DNA from: Salpingoeca rosetta
Taxonomy: Eukaryota > Protista > Choanoflagellata
Assembly (NCBI GenBank): GCA_033442325.1
Contig: JAWQFM010000020.1
Span: 201,322 to 265,321 of the forward strand
DNA: 64,000 nucleotides
Reading direction: 5' to 3'
A model generated the notes under the pieces. The model searched no databases, was not told the DNA's origin, and worked only from the letters and a program-made list of their open reading frames with translations. Within the stretch, counting starts at the first letter, position 1, and each line of letters begins with the position of its first letter. Made by a program: the position numbers and the translations under genes. Positions 12,259 to 24,271 of the stretch are shown here, in pieces.

Positions 12259-14552
12259 AATCGACAAGCAAGGGCATGCACGCACGCAAGCAAACAAGGA
12301 CGTTGTATTGGTGAACTGTGTGTGTGTGTGTGTCGTGTGTGTGTGTCGTGTGTGTGTGCGTCTGTCTGTCTATCTGTCTGCCTGCCTGTCTGTCTATCTG
12401 TCTGCCTGCCTGTCTGTATGTATGTCTGCCTGCCTGTCTGTATGTGTGTGTGTCTGTCTGCCTGCCTGTCTGCCTGCCTGTCTGTCTGTGTGCCTGACCC
12501 AATGTATGCGCGTGTGCGCCGCATGCGAATAAACAACCCTACCCCCACATCGCAACCCACCATCCCCCACCGCAATTACCTTGTGTCAGTCGCTTAGTGT
12601 GTCGGTCAGAAGCTGGCTGGCTGGCTGTCCATCCCCCACTCCAAGTCACGAACGTCGCCTCACTCACTCCAACAAGCCATCAGCGTCGTCTCATCACCCA
12701 TGCCAGCTCCATGCGGCTTCTTCCAGCTCCTTGGGGTCGTCTTCCCGGACTAAGCTTCAAGCAAGCATCAAACCATACCTCCAACAGAACACCCCTGCGC
12801 TCTTCTTTCACTTCTTGTTCGCAGCAGCGCAGCGCAGTTCACTGTTGTAGGTCGACCCATCCCCACCACCACCACCACCACCAACGCGCAACATGCTGGC
12901 GTTCAACCTTACATCACTTACCACTGCTGTCATGACACACGATCTCATAGTTCAACGGCGTCACCATGATCAGGCGGGTTGTTCATGTGCACGGCGCAAC
13001 ATTGTTGGCATGTTTGTCGCACCGCCAATGCCTCAGCATCCCAGTGCGATACAACCAAGCACCAAGCACCAAGCACCAAGCACCAAGCACCAGCTTGCAT
13101 CATCCTCCTATCAGCACAAAGCCGAGTGCTTTGCTGCACGCATCAACAGATGTCATCAACGCGTGTCTTTTTTGGTTGATTGCCTGATTGCGTGTGCGCT
13201 GTTTAGCTTCGCCGTTCTGCACACACTTCCCATCAGCATCAAAGGCAGTTGCGACAGTCACGTGTGGGGACATTTGCAGCTGTTGGTGTGGTCTTGCTTC
13301 TGCCAGCCGCACACCTTCGCAACATGCAGGTGCCACTCCGCAACACGCTCAATGATCGCACCCCTGCAAACGTGCAAACGTGGCGTGAGTGCTGCACAAC
13401 GTGCATGGGCAGCCGATACGACTTTTCTACGGCAATGCCCGCTAAATTTCGACAGTCAGCTGGAGGGGCACGTGCTGGTGGCGATTCTGCAAAGGCGACA
13501 AATCATTCGCCACAATCGATGGCTCGTATACGTGTTGTTTCGTCATCAATACGCCAAAACGTGTGGTTTTGACACGTTCGCGCGAGTTAGTCTGGCCAAT
13601 TTCGTTTTGCACGGATGTGGCTGCGAACGTTAATTCCCAGAATTGATTCGTCCGTTTGTCCCGCCCACCAGCTTTCATCATGCTCTTGCATCGCTTGACA
13701 AACCAAGCAAGCCAACCAAGCTGCCCCAACAACACAAGCACAACACAACAAACCTTCGCCTCTTTGTTTGTTGCCGCAAAGCGTGCAACCGCCAGCCAGC
13801 CAAAGCGTGCGGTGAGTGTGTGGTAGGGTGGAGAGATCACCATCACACAGTTGCTGAAGGGCTTGCGTGTGTTGCTGTCATCTGCACAATTCTGGGTGGC
13901 ATTTCATCGGCTTGTTTGCATCACAATCAAACTTGCAAACGCACCTTGCATCGTGCCTCCAAACACTTGGTATGTCCTCGCACAGATCCCAAGCGTGTTG
14001 TTTACTGCTCCCCTGTTCCTGCTGCTGGATCATGCAAAAGTTGTGAGCGTGTCGGTTCATTTTCCATACACTCTCTGCACCTCAACTCGCCACAAGGCTC
14101 CAGCGTTTGTTCTCCTGGATCGCACCCAAGCACCTCTCGCTCCGAGTCACAGCCAACCAGCCAATATCCCACTCCACCAACGCGCTACGCCTGTTTGTTT
14201 TTTGTCTTGTGCACGAGACGCTCGATTCCGCAACAGCACAACACAAACAACCACCTGAAACACCCCCACCCAATCACACCCAAGCGCACAGTTCGTTGGA
14301 TCAAGACGTATCGCATATCGCCAACGCACACGTCATTCGCCAACCTGCCACCAATCACACCATCAACACCGCAGAACCACAGCACCACAGCACCACAGCA
14401 CCACAACCCACCCGCACGCCGCCTCGACGTGACATCAGCAACGATAACTTCCAAGTAGCATTTCCTCCACGACCATCTCGACTGCCCTTCCACCTAGCCT
14501 TCCACCTAGCCTTACATCCTCCAATATCACTGCAGCACTCTCGACCCACAAG

Positions 14553-15944
14553 ATGGATTCTTCCACAACAGCTTCGGGCATGGCCACTTACGGCACATAC
14601 CTGGACGAGCTTCTCCAGCAAGCAGGCACCCTTACCAAGCCCATCACTTTCCGCGCAAGCCGCCCCACAGACCTCGACCTCAGCACCGTCCCCTTTATGC
14701 CAGGCGTGCTCTCGCCAGCCTTTGCAACCTCCCCACCAAACATGGGCAGCCAGCAGAAGCAAAGCAGCAGCGACTACTCGCAGCTGTATGCACAGCACTC
14801 CCCATCCCTTTGCCTGCATGCAACGGCAAGCAAATCCGCAACATCCCCCACACCAACAACATCCGCCTTCTCCACGCTCAACACCGCCGCGGCAGCCCTG
14901 GACAGCGGCTTTGGCTTCATCGACAACACCAAGAAGGACACGTCGATGACACCATCATCCCCGCCATCATCCTCATCATCATCGGTGTCTTCATCCCACG
15001 CATCCAAGTCCTCCAACAGCATTGCTACTTCCCAACAGCAGCACCAGCAGCAGGCAGCACCGTTCTTCGACTTTGACACTGCACTGGCAAGCCCCCGCCT
15101 CCGCTTCGAAAGCACAAGCGACAACATCTTCCACTTTGATGATGATGATGTTTTCCCCACAACAACAGCGACAACAGCGACGACAGATGGCGGTGCCATC
15201 AACGTCGGCGCCACTGATTGCTCGCAGAGCCAGGGCAATGACGGTGCCTTCCTGCCTGCGTTCACATTGAATAGCGACGTTCAAGTCGAGAAGCTGCTGA
15301 GCCATGCAGACACGGACCTTTTTGACGCAGCCCTGGAGTCCTTCCTCTCCTCCTCCTCCTCCTCCACCTCCTTGTCGTCTATGGAAGAGCGACAGGCGTC
15401 TGTGGCATCGTCGGCATCAGCACTGTCCGCTGCGTCGTTCTCATCCAACAGCAGCGACGCTGAAGATCTCACCCCTCTGCAGCCCACATCGCACGCAACC
15501 ACAAGCTCGTCTTCTTCGTCCTCCTCATCGTTGCCATCGTCAACGTCATCGCCAGCACACCGTCGCAAGAGCAAGCGGGCACAGCGCAGACGCGGCAACA
15601 ACAGCAGCGTGCGCGCCAAGGGCACAGCAAGCACGACGATGCGCGGGCGCAGCGCCATCAACAAGCGATGTGTGCTTGAGAACGGCGAGATTGATCACGA
15701 GAAGCTGGAGCGCACGCGAGAGATTGCACGCCGCAGCTACTGGCGCCGCCGCAACCAAGAGCTCACCAGCCGCCACAGCGTGGATCAGCGCCTGACGCTG
15801 CTGAACAAGACCAAGGACCTGCTTGTGCAGAAGCGACAGCGGCTGTTGAAGGAGCGGCAAGCGCTGCTGGACCACGTGCGACAAGAGTCCCACGTCTTCT
15901 TCCCGGTCGGCACCATCGACCAGCACCCGTTGCCACTGTTTTGA
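14553..15944 (+). CDS. Intronless atypical bZIP-like transcription factor, copy A (463 aa)
   Basis: Single ORF with a Ser/acidic-aromatic-rich N-terminus (FFDFDTAL, IFHFDDDD, LFDAALESFL). The C-terminal basic region KLERTREIARRSYWRRR is followed by a V-L-L-L-L heptad zipper. Confidence 0.8.
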   Translation: MDSSTTASGMATYGTYLDELLQQAGTLTKPITFRASRPTDLDLSTVPFMPGVLSPAFATSPPNMGSQQKQSSSDYSQLYAQHSPSLCLHATASKSATSPTPTTSAFSTLNTAAAALDSGFGFIDNTKKDTSMTPSSPPSSSSSSVSSSHASKSSNSIATSQQQHQQQAAPFFDFDTALASPRLRFESTSDNIFHFDDDDVFPTTTATTATTDGGAINVGATDCSQSQGNDGAFLPAFTLNSDVQVEKLLSHADTDLFDAALESFLSSSSSSTSLSSMEERQASVASSASALSAASFSSNSSDAEDLTPLQPTSHATTSSSSSSSSSLPSSTSSPAHRRKSKRAQRRRGNNSSVRAKGTASTTMRGRSAINKRCVLENGEIDHEKLERTREIARRSYWRRRNQELTSRHSVDQRLTLLNKTKDLLVQKRQRLLKERQALLDHVRQESHVFFPVGTIDQHPLPLF

Positions 15945-16485
15945 GCTGCCTTATGAAGTGGAGGGGGACACTACCTTCTCATTCTCGTTACATTTTACTC
16001 GATGCGCCGACACTCGTTATTGTGTGCATCAAAATGCTTCCTGCGCCTGCTTGAATGATTTAACTTCTATCTTCACTGACCATCATCATGGTGTTCTGTG
16101 GTTTCTGTACATTGTCACTTTTGCTTGCTTCTCTTGTGTGTTACGATGGTGTGGAGCGGGTCTTGCCTTTGGTGAACGGACGTTGCTTGCATGCAAGCTT
16201 GGGACGTGTTTGTTTGTGCGCTTGTCGGACCCTGTGCTGCCTGAGAACCCGTTCACTCCTCTCCATTCCCCTTGGTTCCGTGACACAGTGGCACACGCTT
16301 CTTGCCTCTTTATTCATTCATTCCTCATTCTGTTGGCCACTCGATGTGGCGCATTGTCACACGAATAATACACACAAACATACAACAGTTGACAAGCAGG
16401 AAAGGCAATGTGCCGGCATTCATACAAGCAAGGTGCGTGAAAAGAAGGGGAAGGGACGCAAGAGTAATGTGGCGGGAGCAGTCCA

Positions 16486-16628
<143 letters not shown>

Positions 16629-16792
16629 GTGGTGCTGGTTCCCAGGCAATCAACGAATCAAGCACTCGGAAGAGCATGAGTCGAGCAGTGATGACAGCCA
16701 CGGCCTTGTGCTGGTTCCCAGGCAATCAACGGCAGCCTCAGCAAAGCAGCAACAGAGCTGCACGTCCCTGCGCGCGCGCGCGCGTGTGTGTG

Positions 16793-16825
<33 letters not shown>

Positions 16826-16830
16826 ACACG

Positions 16831-16898
<68 letters not shown>

Positions 16899-16906
16899 CT
16901 TGGTGG

Positions 16907-17006
16907 NNNNNNNNNNNNNNNNNNNNNNNNNNNNNNNNNNNNNNNNNNNNNNNNNNNNNNNNNNNNNNNNNNNNNNNNNNNNNNNNNNNNNNNNNNNNNN
17001 NNNNNN
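16907..17006. other. Assembly gap (100 N)
   Basis: Run of N. Confidence 1.
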
Positions 17007-17630
17007 TTCGCCTTTACGTTCGAGGGAGTGCCTGTTATCACCAAGCCCACTCCGCTAGCCTATGCTTCCCTGACCGACTCGTGACGGGCTGCTTGTCATA
17101 CCTCGCTTCTGCAACGATCCTCTGTCGTTTATGGTGGCGTGCTTCAGAGGTCATATGTACTGACGTGGTGTGATTCATTCTCCGCGCGTTGATCTCGTAA
17201 TAGTCTATCGTACGCGTTTATGTCAAGCAAGCACACCGATTCGTATATCTTGCTTACTTCTTGCCCACTATCTGTATCTCTCTGCTCCGTGTTTTTGGTC
17301 ACTCCACTCAGAATTTTAGAGGTTACCAGAGATGTCTGCGACTCGTTCGTAGGTGGTGTGTACTCGCACGTCCCTCCCCCCCCCTGTGTCCATGCTCGTA
17401 CCTCTATCTGGTGGCGGATTTCTCGTGATGAGTCTTTGCGCTTTCTTGTTCTCCTCATTATGGTACTTTGATTTCTTTGACATCATTTTAAAAGACTATT
17501 AGTAGTACGAACACTCTTCCTGACCTAAAAAAAAAAAAAAAAAATAAAAATAAAACATAAACACTGCCAGGATCGTGACGGTGCGATCACTATAAGAGAA
17601 AGAGTACATGCGTACCTAATGGGCCTGAGT

Positions 17631-17675
<45 letters not shown>

Positions 17676-19565
17676 CGTGTGTGAAAGGCGCGCGTGTACT
17701 TGTGCCAGACCAATGAGAACACTGTCATAGCGAAGAAGGTTGATCCACATACACACACGCGCGCACACACACATACCCATACCCATACACATTCGATCAA
17801 ACAAGCGCACATAGTACACACAGAGTACACAGACACAGACAAACACACACGCGAACACCCACACATGCATTCGCACAAACGCGCACACACACACACACAT
17901 CAAACACACAAGCGCACCACACACTCAAGCAAACACGCACACTCAAGCAAACACACACACACACACATGCATACGGACACACCTCGAGTAACCAAGCCCT
18001 GGTTTGCTGGTGTTACTGTGATGTGGCTGCTCCGACCGACCAAAGGACCAACCACTGTGTTGGTACGGCAGCCACCATGCATGCAGGAGCAATGTCCGAA
18101 CGTCACTCCATCACACAACGGCGACACCACCCCACCGTCATGCCCTTTCCGCACAGTATGCGGCATCACCCACCCGCGACCGTTTTGCAGGGTGGTGTGA
18201 AAATTCCACACACTTAAGCCCCTGCGCGTGTTTCTGTTCGACGCATGGAAAGCGGACACACGTGTGTGATATCGAGCGCACGTGAGATGCAGCAACGAAG
18301 GGAAGAGGCACGTGTGCCTCGCGTGCATGGGCATATGCAAGCACAATTGATGTGTAAAGCCACCCCAGTTCAAGACCTGATCTGCCGCACACACAGCACG
18401 GAACACGTCGCCTCAGATCCTCATGCTTGACGTTGTTGGTGCAGTCCAGTGCGCAGATCCTCGAGCCCTCAGGTCCTCATGCCACACAATCGCTCAGAAG
18501 CCCACCTGAGTGCACCTGCAGAGCAGCAAGAGAAGCCAAGAGCGAGAGTCGATACGAATGTCCTGCTTACGTCCTCTTCTGTGTCCCGCCAGCACAAGGA
18601 AAATGAAAATTCATGTTGGCTTGGCTTTGGTTGGCAGCTGTGGCTCCCTCATTCCTCCCTTTCTCACTCACACCCCACCCCAGATAATGTGTACTGCTTC
18701 GTTGTTCGGGTGGGTGTTGGCGATGTCTTCGCGTGCGTGCTTCTGGTCGCCAGGAGAGGGTAACACGGGGTAGCGGGCATGGGTGAGTGTGCGTGTGCTG
18801 CACTACTCGCGTTGCCACCATGTAAGTCAAACTCACCATCGTCACAACAGCTTTCATCATCTTGTGGTGTTTTTGCTCACAACTGCTGGCCGAAAATTGG
18901 CCATGAACAAACCACAGCCGAGGAGACACATGCACCCAAGAATGATGGATGGAGAGGACACGATGAGGCCGCCAACAGGAGGAGCAAACAGGAGGAGCAA
19001 CGCAGGAGGGGGGGGGGCAAAGATAACGGGAGGAATGGAGAGCGAGGAGGGGAACAGGAGGAACAGGAGGAGGAAGAAATTGGGGGGGGGGGGAGGTTGG
19101 ATGCAAAAGAGAAGAGAACAAGACAAGAAGACAAGCAGCCACGCACAACACAACGTCTGGATACGGGAATACAGCAAAGGACAGAAGGCGGACATACTGA
19201 CATAAGGGACTGCAAGGGACAGGAGTAATATAATAGCGCACACGCACGCAAAACAAAGAAAGAAAGAAAGCAAGAAAAAGAACACGGCTGTCGTGTGCCA
19301 CAAAGCACAAGGCAGCACACTGATGCACCAGTCAGCCAGTACAAACACCGCCATACCCTCATGCCAGCATCATGAGCACACCACAATCACGGCTGTTGAT
19401 GAGTGTGAGGGCCGTCGCATGATAGATTTGACGATTCCGCCAAACCAACGACAGTTTGAAAGCTCCAGCTGGGTTTGTGTTGTGCATGCACATGTGTGTG
19501 AGGAGTTGGATACGAATAGGAAAAAACCGCGACAGCGTGTGACAATGCACCACACAGGCACTGTT

Positions 19566-19605
<40 letters not shown>

Positions 19606-22600
19606 CGCCATGGACGTCCTCTTCCAGCATTCCTACCCCACAGCTACGTCATAATTGCAAGCACAATCACAAATACATACGCACGCACGCACACACGCAC
19701 GCGCGCGCGCGCGCGGGCATCGCACTGTAGTGCAGGCCATGTAGCGGCGATCGCCGACGCCACACACCCACTTCTCCCAACCCAGAAACTACGGTGCCAT
19801 GACACCGCTCACCGTCAAATGTCTGCAATGCGACGCGTCCATCCACGGTGCACGAGCGCGCGGCTGCCAAGCCCGCATGCCCAAACAATTTAAGACTTAA
19901 GCCCCCGCCCGCGCATACACGAACCTGCGCGCGCGTAAGTGCATGTGTAACATTCAGCACACGTGAAATGCAAGAACGGACTGCACGCCAGGCACGTGCA
20001 TGCACACGTACGACCACAGTTGGAGCCACCACAGTTCAACATCTGATCGATCTACACGAAACGACTCTCAACGCAAACGCACACTCACCTTGTGGCTCAC
20101 AAAACTCCAAAGCTTGTGTTCCAAATGAAAGGCAGGCACTCTCCACAGTGTGCGCACGCTCAAGCAAAGCTGCAATTGGCCCTGTCGTCCCCGACCGCCA
20201 ATTAATCCTCCATCCGACTTTCGGTGGAGTGCAGTGCTCGCACAGCAGCAAAAATAAGACGCACTGTCTCTGTCTGTGTCTGACTACGGTCAAGCAGGCA
20301 GCAGATGGAGACAAGGGCACATAGCCCCGCTCCGCCCCCGCTCAGCGCACGCTTGCACCGCCTGTGTGTCTAATCTGCTTCGTCTGCCAAGCAGTTCCAG
20401 CTCCTGAAACCTGCTACGTTGGTGTTGCCGCATGCCAACCCAGAACCCACATCAAACGCCACGCGTTAGCACATGCACACAACGACAAGGCTAAGGGACA
20501 AGGCTGAGTCCCAGCACACAAACAGTGACAGGGACAGAGAAGTGGTTGAGGAGGAGGACGGTGAAAGAGAATGAACAAGTGAACAAGGGAAGAGGGGTGA
20601 CTGGGCCACGGTCTGTGGAGGGTATGTCAAAGCACACCAGCAAAACAAACGCATGTGCAGCACCCCGAAAGGAAAAACAAGGCACACACATACACACATG
20701 TATGTACACATGTACACACAATCACAAATATACACACATATATGCATCAATACAACGCATGCAAACATGTAACAGGCGGCAAAGCCTCCGACAAACCCAC
20801 TTACACGAACATGAAGAAGGTACGAACAGACGTGCACGTGCACATGTCCCGTGGAAGACGCGCGATAATGCACCGTCATGCTCTCATGCTGCATGGGGCA
20901 GAACTGCGGCCAAGGTGCATTGTGATTCTGTGGTGCCTCCCTCAGCTGCACCTTGTGACAGCGTCACAACAAACATGCACACACACACACACAATGCATG
21001 TCTCGTCACGTGAGCTAACCAGCAGAAGGAGGAAGCGCACGCCAACACACCCAGCAATTCAAACACATGAGGAGAAATGCAATGAGCAGGTCCACAAAAC
21101 AAACACACGTGCAGACACACACACACACACACACACACACAAATGTATGTACACACACAAATGCGAATGCACACGCACACGCGCGCACACACACACACAC
21201 ACACATGCGAACGCGCGCGTACCTCATGTGTAGCATGTTTGGTGTTGGTGCGTCGAGGAGGCGTGTGGCAGATGCGGTGATTGAAGGATTGATCCCGTCC
21301 GCTGCTCTCTTGCTTCTTGGGTGCATTGCGTCTGATTCCAAGACAGAACAAAGACAATTGGCAACTCAATGAACGACCTGAATCTCATCAAGCTTCAAGA
21401 CACAGAGAAAGAGAGGAGAAGAGACGGAATGCAAACAGTTGGCCCCACGTCCATACGTGCGTGAGGGGACCAAGGAGGGTTCAACAGACACAAACCACGA
21501 CAGCAACCTTGCACATGGAGAGGAAATCAAACAAAACAAGGAGCAGTGACAACAGCACATGAAAGAGGGATAAACACACCCTTCTCCCTCTTTTTCGTTT
21601 CTTCCCTTTCATACAACGCCTTGTTGGCATGGCAGACTAAGGCTCAGGCTAAGTACTAGGCTACTCGAGAGAAGTCGGCATCACCCTATCACCCAAACAA
21701 CTAAATAAAGAAAGGCCCCCGCAAGAGAAGACACCACCAAGCCACATAGAAGGGCTTGAGATGAACACCATGTCACCGGACCAATGAAGGCTGGTGTTGG
21801 ACAGTCACATCGCATCAGCATCACATCACATCCTCTCACATCAACATCACATGCAACCACGAGAAAGGAACCAAGGAAGGGGAAGGAAGAAGAAGAAACA
21901 ACACCTTCAACCAAAGAATCCATGCATCAAAACAACAACGAAATTTTTGGTTGCGTGGCCCAGCAGCAAGGAGCAAGGCAAGAGCGGCAGCCTTCTCCTC
22001 GAGCTCGCTTTGCAGCAGAGCACAACGCAACGCAAAAGAAAACAAACCACCGCGCCCCCTCGCCCCTCCCCCTCGCCATCAGGCTGGGACAAGCTCAGAG
22101 ACAGCACAGAGACAGGACACACTTGCTTGCCTTGTCTCCTTGTCCTTTTCCTCTTCCTTCGCTTTGCGGCCTTGGAGTTCTTCTGTTCTTGGATCGCCCA
22201 CCAGCCCACCCATCCATTCAGCCATCCGCGATAGGAGGTGCGAGTGGGTGCTGCTTGCAACAGGCTGTGAGTGGCGCTAGGGCGCTGTGCGCTTTGTAAG
22301 TCCGTCGCTCCCGGTGCTCGCCCCTCGTCACACCGTTGCTCCATAGCAAAGAAAGCTGTCGTACAGCAGAAGAAAGAGCAGAGAGCACAGCAACCTGCTT
22401 CATCCCCTTGTTCGTGTTGGGTGCTGAAGAAGCGTTCCACTTCGTTCACTGACGGGCTGCTGATGATGCCCTAGCTTGACGATGCCAGTACGTTGCTGTG
22501 TGGTCAGCTTTGAGTCTGCTCTGGTGGAGCTGTGTTCTGTTGTGTGCTTGCATGGGCAATCGCCTCCTCGTGCTCAACACCACATGGGGTGGTCCCCATC

Positions 22601-24271
22601 ACCACACACGACACAAAACCTTCGAGTGTTGTTGCTGAGTGTGCTGCTGCTCTGCTGCTGCTGCTGCTGCTGTAGCAACGTTGTGCCTGCACTGCTCTGA
22701 TTGGTGTTGTTGCTGTTCCTCTCTGCGCCGGTTGGCGTATCGTTGCCCTGTCACTGTAGCAACAGGTGCGCTTGGCTGGCCACTTGTTGCGTTGCTGTGC
22801 TGCCGCAGGGTTGCTGCAGACTGCTGTGCTTGCTGTAGGCGAGGGCTGTGGTGGGGCGTATGGCAGGCCATATATAAGCATGCAAAGGAACCGCCGGCGG
22901 TTGCTCTTTCTTTCTCTTTCAGTCTTCTAGTCGATGTCTCTCCTCTCCCCCTCCCTCTTCTGTTGTCGCATCCATCGCCCTCTTGTCCCATTCAACCAGC
23001 GCGTGCGTCTCAGCTGTGTGCAGTGTCAACCGGAAGAGATGGTCTGGTCGCTTGGCACCAGAACAGAACACAAAGCTCTAAAGCTGAAGAAAAGGGATCA
23101 AACCCGAGGTTTTTCGTGTGCTGCGGAGCGGGCAGGTTCGCTCTGTAGCTGCTGGCTGGTTTTTTGTGTTTGGCTTGCGAGGGTGGCTTGCTTCTGTTGG
23201 GTGTTTGCATCATGTTCATGGTGGCTGCAGGGCTGTTGGGTGTTTGCATCATGTCACAACAACAAATTTTATGTCGAATCTGCTGCTCTCAAGCACAACA
23301 ACAAATTTTATGTCGGGACCAAACCTTCACCAAAAGCAAGCCCAAGTGTGCAAGCACAAGCAACCACGACACACGGACGAATGAGTGACGTGGGTGGCGT
23401 TGTTGATGCTTTCACCAATATTCGCTTGTGCCTTCGCTCCAACGCGTCATGACCAAAGGTTAAACGCGGGGCATATTGGACATACACACACATTCCAGCC
23501 CTTCGCGTGTCGCTCGTGGCGGCGCTGCTGTGCGCTTTCTCGCTCTTTGTTTGCACGAATTTAGGCTTGTCTGTTGTGGTTTGGTTTGTCTCCAACACCA
23601 CACAACAAGCAAGGCGGCAGGCGACGGCACACCTGTACAGCGCTACAGCCAAAACACCTAAAGACGAAAAGCCCCACATGAATGTCTGCTGTTTTGTTGC
23701 GGCAATGTTGGGTGGGCTTTCGTCCTGACGCCGCACTTCCCTTCCCTTCCCTTGCTGCTGTCCACTTTCTTCTGCATCAAGGTTGCGTCGCGCAACCCAG
23801 CCAGTTGCTTTGCCACCAACCCACCTATCTTAGTATCTTCTCCACCACAGCTGCACACCACAAGACAAGCCGTCCCACCTCCTCCTTGCGTCGCAGATCA
23901 AAATCAAACACAACACCGCACAACAAACACCGCACAACAAAGACAGCAGCAGCGCATCCTCACTGCATTCCAACAGTGATGGTGCTCGACACTAGCCATT
24001 TTCTCCAGTCCCTCAACTTCAAAGTGCTCAAGTGCGTGCCACTTGCTACTCTGCCGCACGCACTACCCGTCGTCATCGCATTCTCAAGAGCATACGTCCA
24101 GAGACAGAGGAGACGCCAAGCTGTGAAAGCCGTCCAACCCACTCACCACACCGGCACCGATCCAGGACCACACCGAGAGCACGAGGAGTGGCGAACAACC
24201 CGGAAGAACGCGCCTCGCGCATTCCTTAGTCCACAAACGGACAAACAAACAACCGCTGTACCAGCAGCACC

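Noticed and set aside
12893-14458. ORFs of 246 and 271 aa upstream of bZIP copy A
   Set aside because: No recognisable motifs, Cys/His-rich random-like composition and an ACCAAGC heptamer repeat; probably non-coding.
16632-16731. Repeat-spacer-repeat resembling a CRISPR unit
   Set aside because: Only two repeats, a eukaryotic context and no cas genes.
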